64,000 nucleotides of DNA, from contig JYFJ02002037.1 in NCBI GenBank assembly GCA_000934665.2, positions 1-64,000 of the forward strand, written 5' to 3'. Positions 11,644 through 22,304 of this stretch are shown in pieces. The DNA is from Catajapyx aquilonaris. Lineage: Eukaryota. The notes under the pieces are model-generated. The model made no database searches and was not told the origin of the DNA. It was given only the letters and a program-made list of their open reading frames with translations. The position numbers and the translations under genes are program-made. The stretch's first letter is position 1. Each line of letters begins with the position of its first letter.

Positions 11644-14272
11644 CAGGGTGTCTATTACTAGTCGACCTTCCATCCGGCAGTGCACTCATTGGCCCAAAAC
11701 AAGTCATAAATGTAGGGATGAGAAATGTTGAGGCAGTAACCGGTAATGAGATAAACGATGATCAAGATGAGGTCGCCCCTAAGACAATCACGGCCACCCA
11801 CCCACCGGCTTTTGTGCGGGAGGAGCGGCAATCGGTTCGACTCCCTCGCGTGTAGGGGTTGCCTAGGGGGCAGGATATGAACCCGACATTGCAACCTGAG
11901 CACGAGACGACCTTGCTAAATCCTGCTTGTTTTGACCTTGTAGAGTGCATTTAATGCATCTGTTGCCCAACTGAATGGAAGATGGGGTGACCAAGGTGAA
12001 TAATGACAGCCGAATCACCTGAACTGTTTATTATCCCCACACTGGTTTAAGCCAAGTACTCAAAACATGCCGGAAATGGCGGGATAGTCAATTTTCTGGA
12101 TTTTCGATACTAATGGCAATGTACAATCTTCTGATGGTGACAATTCCAGCACACAGAGCTTAGCAACAAAAAACGGTTCTGGCCAGTATTTTGTCCAGAT
12201 CAAAAATGATGCCGATGGAAACAGGCCTGGAGAGTTTCAAGTCACTTGAGCAACTGCTCGAAATGGCCACCTTCCTGTTGTACGCAAAGGTGCGCTCTGG
12301 CTCTGATAGATGCTCAGACAGCTGGATGTGTGTCTCCTGCTGCGGAATACATTTCTGCAAAGCAGGTGATGACACGATCCTGCAGCTCCTCCACACATCC
12401 AGGGACCGTGGCATACACTGCTTCTTTCGCCCGTCCCCATACGTAGAAGTCAAGTAGGGCGATTATGCAGGCCACGGTGTGGGTCCTTTTCTGCCTATCC
12501 ACTTATGCGGGTACACCGGTCTAGATGCCTCCGGATTACTCGACCGTAGTGGGGTGGCGCTCCGTCCTGCTGCCACCACATCCCTTGGGGCAGTAATTGA
12601 TTGATTGAATAATGAGGAACCAAAACAACTAAGGCTATCTAAATGTGTTGGTGTCAGTTGGAGATTACATGTAGAAGAGAAAGAAGAAGACATGAAACAT
12701 ACACCTTGGCACAGGTTTAATGGAATCTCTTCCAATAATTCTGGCAGGTCTTCCTGGATAAATCTCAAATAGCTGTCAGCGGTCAGCCTTGCTGGCAAAA
12801 ACAATGGTCCGATGATGTGATCTCCCAGAATGCCGGCCCACACGTTCACCGACCATTTGATTTCGAAATGTGCCTCGCGGTAGCAGTGTGGGTTGCCATG
12901 AGACCAGTGGTGCGAATTGTGGCTGTTGAGTATGCCCTCTCGGGTAAACGTAGCACCCTCAGTCCACAAAACCTTCCCATAGCAAGGAAGGTATCATTCT
13001 GCCGTAGGAGCCACTCACAAAAATCCTTCCGCCATGGACGGTCTTCAGGACGTAGGTCTTGTACAGTACAGAAATGATAGGGGTGCTGGCAATCACGGCT
13101 CAAGTCTTGCCATACCATTCCCTCTTGCCCTTGTGTATGAGACGCCCAATTTGTCTCGTGCTGGATTGGGGATCATCCTTGACAGCCTTCAGGATGGTTT
13201 CCCCTTTAGATGACATGAGACCTCCTGGACGACCACCCTCGCGTCGGGCTAGGAATGTTCCCGTTTCTCTAAGTTGCTGATCTGTGCCAAGGAACACCTT
13301 CTTATCGGGATGTCGCCAACTGGGAAATCTGGTCTGATACAGACGAGCTGCTGCCGCTGAGTCACCATCACATGCACCTAGAGTCAGGTGCATGTCGGCA
13401 TACTCAGCGTGTGTGTACGTCGTCATGTTGCCTTCTGCCGTCTTCTCTGCACTTCGGAGGCATTTTGTCTTGTGTGTTGTCACATGACCATTATTTATAA
13501 AATGTCAAATACACCCTCAGTCAGACTGCTGGACCCACCGTGCCATGATGGTTTCCATCATTTCAGCACGATCCATCGCATAATTGGTGCCCATTTTCAC
13601 ATACGCGATAAATGGCAACATTTTGTGCGTGGAAATGGGACATTAGTGCAGCACTTGTATCAATGGAGACATGCATTAAAATTGTTGATTTGACTTACCT
13701 CAGTCTCAACTTTAAGCATGAACCAACGTATTTTTCAACCTGCTTTAGTTTCGCTCCCTCTGTGTGCTGGAATTGTCGCCATCAGAAGATTGTACAATGC
13801 CATTAGTATCGAAAATCCAGAAAATTGACTATCCCGCCATTTCCGGCATGTTTTGAGCACTTGGCTTAAACCAGTGTGGGGATAATAAACAGTTCAGGTG
13901 ATTCGGCTGTCATTATTCACCTTGGTCACCCCATCTTCCATTCAGTTGGGCAACAGATGCATTAAATGCACTCTACAAGGTCAAAACAAGAAGGATTTAG
14001 CAAGGTTGTCTCGTGCTCAGGTTGCAATGTCGGGTTCATATCCTGCCCCCTAGGCAACCCCTACACGCGAGGGAGTCGAACCGATTGCCGCTCCTCCCGC
14101 ACAAAAGCCGGTGGGTGGGTGGCCGCGATTGTCTTAGGGGCGACCTCATCTTGATCATCGTTTATCTCATTACCGGTTACTGCCTCAACATTTCTCCTCC
14201 CTACATTTACGACTTGTTTTGGGCCAATGAGTGCACTGCCGGACGGAAGGGCAACTAGTAAGGAACACCCTG
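11644..14272 (-). mobile_element. Tc1/mariner-superfamily transposon with ~515-bp TIRs and a pseudogenised transposase
   Basis: TA TSD; TIRs about 11644..12158 and 13758..14272 starting CAGGGTG. Transposase runs from ATG 13426 (YTHAEYADMH..GACDGDSAAAARLY, DUF4817-type HTH) through NSHNSHHW, WSVNVWAGI, QQDGAPPH, WIGRKGPTPWP and LDFYVWG to about 12220, broken by frameshifts, stops and a ~130-bp insert. Confidence 0.92.
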
Positions 14273-15829
14273 TATAATATACCTAGAGGAAGGACTCCCT
14301 CTCCTTTCCCATTAGCCAGGCTGAGGCAGCTGCCATATTTACTATGGGCATATTGTATTCTGACAGTAGTCTGGCAACTGGGACAACAACCAATAATGAC
14401 AACTAGTATGACAATTAGTCCAATAACGTCAAGCGTCCGCCATCTTTACTATGGGCATTGTTGTATGTGCCTGCATTGTTGCTTGCCTTACATTTCACCC
14501 TGAGTTCTCTCTCTAGGTATAATATATATTATACCTAGAGAACTAGAGATATAAATTTTATATCCTACTAGAGGAAAGTAAAAATGTTTAAAACTATTTT
14601 CAACATTACAGTTATGTGTCACTTTGCAAGAAATGTGAAAAACTAACATGATAATTATAACACTGATTGTTTTAAATGATTTTTCAAAAATATGGCCCCC
14701 TCACAATTATTTTTGTAGTTCTACACTCTGATCAATGTAGCCTAACCCACTTGATAATAATTTGTACCTGTTAAAATTTGACCAATTTTCTGCTCAGGTT
14801 GGCCTGATTCATCCTAGTGATGACATCTGATTCTTCATTCCAATAATGTGTCTGCACTGTCTTCAATTGATCCCATATTCTGCAGTTTCTTTTGACAAGT
14901 TGCACTGGATTCCAACTGTGGCTTCGTCTGAATATGCTTTCAAGAGATCATGACCTGCGGAATTGGAACCTTATTAATTCTGTCATAATTATTGTTGCCA
15001 AAATTTTGCTAACAGTAATAATGCCTAACTTAATCTCAGGAGTTCAACTATTGCAAGAAACTATCACAAAAATTAAGATGCACTTGGTTCCTCCATTTCA
15101 CGTTATCTCTGAAATGGTTTTCATTCCATGTTTTGCATAGTAATTATTTGTTCTGACTTTTTTGCACCAGACCCCTAGTCCAAAGGGATCCTATCTAGTG
15201 TCAAAAGCTGCTCTGCAAAAGAGTAAGGTGAGGTCTGATTCAAGTGGTGCAGCAGTGCGGAAAGATGGAAGGGAGAGGAAGTGGTGAAGGTACATTCCGT
15301 ATTGGACCCTTTTCATTCTCATCGACTCAAATCTAGACTTTGACTTGGCTCTGACCTCATGAAGGGTCAACTTCAGGTCTGCAAGCAAAGGAACTCTTTT
15401 TCACTGCTGTAATAAAAACCCATGCACCTCTGGCTCAATATTAGAACAGATTCTATCTAGCAGTTCCCATTTTTCCATACATCCTGCATTCTGTAAGTAC
15501 CGTAATAAGCAAATTGTATCATATTAACTTGCAAAAATACTCTCCTTTCAATACATTCTAATGGTCTGAACCAAATACTGGACCTAACTGAGAACTAACA
15601 CTCAAAGCTTTGACAGGTTTCATGCAGAGCTTGAACAGGATGGTGTGGAAGGAAGGGTTGCAGTTGCATAAGATTTTCAAAATATTAAAAGAGAACAGCA
15701 CTTGAGGCACTTGATGACTCAGAAGACATACGGTATCTCTGCAACGGTCAAGTAGAGGTAATAAACTCTTGAAAAAATGTATATTTAAAAAGAATAATTT
15801 TGTCTTGATTGCCATCCTTTCAAACGACT

Positions 15830-16425
15830 AAAGGTCTGTTTAAATGTGAGTGATTTGACGAGCGAAGTCATCTCTGAGGCTGAAATTAACAATCGATTTT
15901 CGCCTCAAACAATATTGGCTACTTGGGTTACGTAGCCTAGGCAAAGACTTCGCTCGTCAAATCGCTCACATGTATAAACGCTGCTTAAAGCTGTGTTTAC
16001 ATGTGGGCGATTTGATTGGCGACGTCATCACCGATCCATGAAATCCTAATGAAAGCAGTGATTTGGGCTGAAAGTAGCAGTCGCGTTTAAGAAGGGAGGG
16101 CATCTGCGATGCCATCGCTCAGGTCTGTTTGAAATAGACGGTGGTGATGACATCGCCGCGGCATGCCAACAGTACAATAACCATGGTTACTGGGCACTGG
16201 CTCGTAAATACACAGGCAAGGTAGAAGTGCTGTTGCTTGCGTCATGACATCAGAACCACTACAACTCAAGGGCGATGACATTGCCGATCAAATTGCCCAC
16301 ATGTAAATGTGGCTTAAGGGCTGGTTGTATGAACATGAGTTAAGGTTAACTACAGAGTTAACTGTTGCTTACATGTAGACTACCTCTGTAGTTAACCTTA
16401 ACTCATGTTCATACCACTGACCATA
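15830..16425. mobile_element. Three abutting PIF/Harbinger-like palindromic MITEs
   Basis: Fold-back units at about 15830..15985, 15988..16314 and 16318..16423, joined at TAA/TTAA. The last has ends similar to the 4160 element (GGGCTGGTTGTATGAAC). Confidence 0.72.
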
Positions 16426-16452
16426 AGGGTTAGTTTTATGAACACAAATTAA

Positions 16453-16966
16453 CCCTGGAACCGTGCCATGCCAACGAGTATTACGGCAACCGTGCCGTGG
16501 GGTCTTTTCGGACCCCACCATATTTTAATTTTTATTAATTATTATATACTTTTCAATGTATTGACTATATACAATCATTCTTTGAACAATGCATAAAAGG
16601 ATCGTTAATTCAAAATGAACCTGCACTTCCTGTTATATACTGTAAAAAAGGGAGGCGGAGTGGCGCTGCGGTAACGTACGCGCCCACGGATGTTAAGGTC
16701 CCAGGTTCGATCCCAGCCCGGGGACACCCCCTCCATCTCGTGCAGAGTTCAGGGTCACCTCTGGCTTTGTCTCGGGTGGTATTTCCACAGACTAAACCAC
16801 CCGGGGGAGTTCACTAAAAATGGCCACCACGTCAGATGCACTGCACTTGCACATCCCCTCCTGCCCGTGGGCCCGGGCGCTTCTCAATGGCTCCAACTTG
16901 TACACTCTGTATGATCAAATAATGAAGGTCCGTGCCGAACGCCGAAAGGTGAAGCACTACCCCCAC

Positions 16967-17012
<46 letters not shown>

Positions 17013-17105
17013 CTGTAAAAAAAATGGCAAAAGTTCATTGTAATCATCATTTTAATGCATTTTTTCCCTTGGGGTCCAAAAAGACCCCACGGCACAGTTC
17101 CAGGG
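16453..17105. mobile_element. Non-autonomous piggyBac-like element containing a SINE
   Basis: TTAA flanks; TIR CCCTGGAAC(C/T)GTGCC; subterminal inverted GTGGGGTCTTTT. Confidence 0.82.
16650..17008 (+). mobile_element. tRNA-derived SINE family B
   Basis: A-box TGGCGCTGCGG, B-box GGTTCGATCCC, (TTA)n tail, 14-bp TSD tatactgtaaaaaa (16636..16649, 17009..17022). Confidence 0.85.
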
Positions 17106-17953
17106 TTAATGAAGGAACCTTCAATTTTGTCAGTTAATGCAGTGTGACCTACACATCATCTGAAATTTTCCATAATTTGCTTTCGTACAACCAGCCTGGT
17201 GTAAGAACTACAATTCTTAAAATGACAATGACGTAATTTATCCCTCATGTTATCATTTTCATTTACACTTATCTCAACTAGATGAGAAACGTCAGATTAC
17301 ATAATATTCAGTTGTACTTTGCACTCAAAGGCAGCTATTACATGAGTATTTGCTTGCTTGTGATATCAAAGGACCTATGCACCAGCACAAGATATCAGCA
17401 ATGGGTATGGCTGCACTGCCATGTCATTGGGTTCTGAAACGAGTGCAACACTTATCTTGTCACATGTGTGCCACATGCTTGTGGTGTGTCTAGGCTGAAA
17501 GAAATTTACTGAGATCAAAGGCTTGAAAGAGTGACATTTGACACAAACTAGCAACGGGAGAAATAAAAATCAAAAACAAAAGATATCAGCATGTTATATT
17601 AGCTTAGAATCATGATAGATAATAATCCACATTATTGTTAACTCCCAACGAAAGCAGCCTCAATCTTAACAAGTTTTAAATGGACATCTTTTACTTCACT
17701 TTTAGGTGTCCACAAGATAGGCATAAGCATTGCATATGGCAATCAACTTGAATTTCCACACCATAAAAACACCTGCCATTAACATCGGATCACTGAGAAA
17801 AGAAAAATTTTAAAAAAAAACGCACTTAATGTGTGCCTCTGCTTATGACTAGCAGCCTTACAACTCAAGCCTAAAAAATAGACATCTCATTGGAAATTAT
17901 CACAGATTGGTGCCCTTTCAATCAAGGTTTAGAACACCTTATGTGTTACAGAA

Positions 17954-20900
17954 TTATGTCGGCACTACAGGCCATAAACTGTCTTTAAACCTCTGCTCGT
18001 ACACTTTTTCCCTGTGTTCCGCTTTTAGCACTGGATCAAGGGTCTCAGCCAGTCTCTCCACACGATTGTTGAAGCGCATGCGGTCTCTGGCCATAGTTTC
18101 CCAGGGACCACACCTTGCCTGCCTGTAGGCATAGTCCCATGCCAGCATCAGGTGGACCTCTGCTAATTCCCCATCTGAAGCAAAGCATACCTGAAATGAC
18201 AAAACCAGCCATTAGAATTTCTTAGGTTATCAACACATGCAAAGTGTACACTTCACAGTTAGGCACAGCATTGCACACAAAACTGTCACTTGAAAGTTAC
18301 CCTGTTGTTATTACATACAAGTATCTGCTGTGTTTAGGAAAAATGCCACACCTGCAATGTGCAGTAGAGTTGATAGTTACTTGTCCACCAACCATCATTC
18401 GACTCCTGCAACTGGAGTGCATTCATCTACAACAGCCTAACGCAGTCTGACAAGCAACACTTGATCTTATTGCATAATGCAGGTACAGCTTTCTCCTCCC
18501 AAACAGCAAATATGCTGTATGTTACTATGCAGCATAAGTTTAAAGTGTCAAAATACCATGAAGCTTTTCATCTGATTTCACGCTTTTCATTTGTTACTTC
18601 TCCATATTTCTTAAACTTGGCTCTTTAAACAGGTGATCCAAAGCAACAACAATGAACTAATCCCATAACAGAAGCATAAGCATTTCTTGGATGTTTTCTT
18701 CACTTATAATGGTTACCTCACAGTCCCACATCCTCTACCCCACACACATTGACAGCAAGAGAGAATTGAAGTATCAGTGAGCAATGCAAAATGGCTTGCA
18801 AACTGTTCACAAAAAAAATTGTAAAGTTATGTTATCATTTTCTGAATTGGAATAATGAAGAGAAAACAGGATAGCCTTTAAGGCCCGATTTCTCGAACAG
18901 TGGTTCAAATGTAAACCCGGTTCAAGTCCGGTTTAATCCCAGTTAAGAGACTTTGAACTGGGATTAAACCGGACTTGAACCGGGTTTACATTTGAACCCC
19001 TGTTCGAGAAATCGGGCCTTAGCCACACACTAGACAGATGACATGCTACATTATTATTACAACCAGAAATGTGATACCTTGATATGAGGAGGTAATAATT
19101 CCTCAGCAAGTCATTCTAGAATATCTAGATTATTTCTTTTAATACCAACCTTTCTTCCCTGACTTTTCTTGGGTTCTCCCTGGCCCACTTTCCCTTGGTT
19201 CTTAAAGTCCAGCTCAAATTCAATACACGCATCCACATAGCAAATGTCAAACTCCTCATCATCAGTGTCACTACTGCTATCAATTCCACTCCAGTCCAAG
19301 TCCTCTTCAAAATCCTTGCCATTATTGCTCTCAGATTCATCACAAAAAATTATGCTGATGCTATCCTCACTGCATTCACTGGCACACCTGGAGCGCCACG
19401 TGCAGGAACTACCACCATCTGTCACATCCTCATCTAGGCTTGACTCGCTGTTGCTGTGGCGGCTGTTGGGGGTGCCTAGGACCTGCGGGCTGCTTCCAGG
19501 GCTGCTTCCAAGGCTGCATCGAGGTGATGCTTGGAGTGGCGATGATTCAGGTACAGTCACTGATAGATGTTCTGTTGCATCAGGTGGTGTCATGTATGTG
19601 TGTGAAGTTTCTGGTTCACAGAGAGATGAAGCAACCTTTTGCGCGCGACGTCCCTTCCTTGCCCTGGCTTGCTTCTTGGCATCCTTCCGCCTCTTGCGAT
19701 GCCACAGAGCCTCATTTTCCTCGCGTCGAGTTGGCCCAGACATCGGAGAGGTCGGCATCATCTGAGACGTCGGCTTGCTTTTCCTAAAAATTCAAGCATA
19801 GCCATTAGACATGGAACACCAAGACTGGCTTTTTCACTTAGGAATACACTAAAATTTCATGCTTTAACCTTGAATGTAATCTCAAGATCACGAGAACAAA
19901 ATCCCCACTTATGTTAACGGACTGCTTCCAAATGTCCAAAAGACATGTATGGCATTGACTAAAGCATTTTGACCAGAACTTACATAGACGGTCCTAAACA
20001 CAAATAACGCCATTTAATGTCCAATTCTATGCCTGTCATTTTCCAAAACAAGTTTAAATTGGATGGACTCATACCTGGTAAATGCGACAAATTTTTGCAC
20101 ATTACCCATTGATATTTGCCTAACAACTCTATTCACTATTGATGATGCATAGCACCAGAAACTATCCAGCAAGATAATTGGGCATAATATTACAAAACTT
20201 GGCCTCTTCTCATTTAGGGCCAAAAGCAAACAATTATTGCCAATTCTATCATCACCACCTGCTTTTAGGTTTTTGTTATAAGCCCTCGTTCTGACGTAAC
20301 ACCCAAACGTCCTTGCGTGACAATTCCCTACATGTTTCATCAACACTGAACAGACATGGCTGAGAAAATGGCAGTGGGAAAATTTGGAACATTAACTCTA
20401 TTATTTAGCCTACTTTGCTCACTAAGATTTTAATGCTAATACTGGCTGTAACCCAAAATGAAAGCATCATCACTCTGCAAGAGTATATTTTCACAACCCT
20501 CTGTTAATAATTATTTCCCAACTTACTTTGAGTCATAAGCCTTTCCTCGTGGACTTGTCTCCTTAGTTGCCATATGACCCATTGCCTTGGCCACCTCTGC
20601 ATACGACTGCTTCGGCTTAGTAGTTTTCGGTGACACCTGTTGGTCTCCTGATGTACATTGTTTCAGTTTGGGATAGTCCTCTGGTGGGCCAATCAATTGG
20701 CAAATCCTGGTATAGATTTGCTCACCAAGACTGTTATCCACTGATCTTGGATTGCCAACCACCAGAACCTTGCTTCCAACAATGCCACCCACCAAAAACT
20801 TTACTACGTTACATTTGGGAGAGGTTGGCGTTGGAGGAGGCGACGATGATGGTGGGTGAAAGTCAAGTTTTGGGAGCGAGACTTGTCGACGTGAAACAAG

Positions 20901-21371
20901 TTTCGACCCATTGTTGCTCAGTCTTGTACCGTTCGGAGGCCCACTGGGCACTCCACAGCCATTCATGCCCATCTGCTTCATGCAATTAGGCCCAAAAGGT
21001 TCACCACAAATGTTACTTCCACTAACTGCAGGCATCTTGTTAAAATGGGTGTGGCTCTGGTTCCCGTTCTTGGTGAGTCCATTCAGTTTTCCACACCATC
21101 CTGACATGAAAAGTCCCGGTGTAGCAGGCTGTACTGGATAAAATTCCTGCACCATATGCGGCATCAGCATCTTGACTCCCTGCTTAAATGGAATGTTGAT
21201 CCTCTGAATGTGCTGCATTGGAACGTTGATTCCTGGTACACACTTATGCATAGAGTCAAACCCATGACCAAATGCCGTGTTCAGAACTGGTACGGCCATG
21301 TTCAGCGGTGTGATATGGCGTCTGTCATGTAGCACATCCGACACGTTCCCCATCATGGAACAGCACGGCAT
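17954..21371 (-). CDS. PPP1R15: Protein phosphatase 1 regulatory subunit 15 (GADD34/CReP family, eIF2-alpha phosphatase targeting subunit); complement(join(17954..18190,19150..19783,20527..21371)), 571 aa
   Basis: The last exon encodes the PP1c-binding/ICP34.5-like domain (AWDYAYRQARCGPWETMARDRMRFNNRV). Splicing AAG|GTTGGT (19149) to tttcag|GTA (18190) creates the RVxF motif RKVCF. Exon 2 is Ser/acid-rich. Donor GTAAGT at 20526 and acceptor tttttag at 19784 are both phase 2. Total 1716 nt is divisible by 3. The start ATG (context CAAAATG) is inferred. Confidence 0.92.
18881..19019. mobile_element. Near-perfect hairpin MITE (Harbinger-like) in PPP1R15 intron 2
   Basis: About 64-bp arms with one mismatch and a short loop; TTA/TAA flanks. 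Confidence 0.85.
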
Positions 21372-21380
21372 TTTGCTGGC

Positions 21381-21554
21381 TCAATACTTGAAGCGAATAG
21401 AGTTCCACTTCACTCTGCACTTTGGCTTGTCCACAGTGTCAACCACAACACATGGCGCACTGAAGAAATGATGCATAACCCACAGATGATGCACAAGGTG
21501 TCCTTCACTACTCACGCTCAATCCTAATTCCTCACTCGAATTTAATGATTCCAT
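21381..21554 (-). promoter_or_regulatory. Upstream ORF (57 aa) in the PPP1R15 5' leader, stop 9 nt before the main ATG
   Basis: ATG at 21554 in strong context (AATATGG), second in-frame ATG at 21476, TGA at 21383..21381, then gccagcaaaATG. uORF control is established for PPP1R15 genes. Inclusion in the mRNA is inferred. Confidence 0.7.
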
Positions 21555-21599
21555 ATTGCAATGGGATGAGAAAATCAGGGAAAACACTCGTTAATGTTC

Positions 21600-22304
21600 C
21601 AAAGTAATGAAAAGTTCTGCACTGACTCAGCTCAACTGTTGATTGCCTCCAAGTAGGGCTGATGAAAACATTGCCAAGTATGTCGAAAATATGCGAGCGA
21701 AAAGGTATGAGTACACTGGACTAAAAATTGACATCAACTATCTGATTCAGCTAGGCCATCTTGTGTAACCATTCCGAACATGACGTCACGAGCGCAAACA
21801 AGGTTGTCATGTTGGATGATTAAAAACATGTAAATGCCAATTTTATCCGAATATTTGTGTATTTTAACGTATCACATCAGGTTAAACCTAATTTTGATAC
21901 CAAAACTTGGAAATCATTATTATACCCAGGTACATTGTGATCGACCTTGATTCTTGGGAGATGAGTGGCAACGTCTGTGACGTTGTTTCCAGAATGTCCT
22001 ACCAGTTTCCGGGACTGATCCCTATTTAAGGCAATAATTTAACAAGTTGACTATATCACCCGCATGTAATTTAAAAATTTGCATAATATTTCCCGATAAA
22101 CTTATTAAATACGATCTCATGTGGCACTTGCATCAGCCACACCCGCACAAGGTGGGTCTAATATGCGCTCGTGAATGACGCAGTAAAATAGCGGCCATAT
22201 TGGCACAGTAGCTTTGACTACATTCCAACCTGCCCATATGTCACGTAGTAACAGACAGGTAACAGGCTGCGTACGTGATTGTTGTCAAGTTGTCAGCGTA
22301 AAAG
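21600..22304. promoter_or_regulatory. Divergent promoter region shared by PPP1R15 and the FAM114A2-like gene
   Basis: Start codons face apart 933 nt from each other. The region has a perfect CRE/ATF palindrome TGACGTCA (21781..21788), AP-1 TGACTCA (21623..21629), a YY1/Pho-like GCCATCTTG near 21755 and an Inr-like TCAGT on the minus strand at 21625..21621. Confidence 0.65.

Noticed and set aside
19244..19917. Plus-strand ORFs of 92-173 aa
   Set aside because: Antisense shadows of PPP1R15 exon 2.
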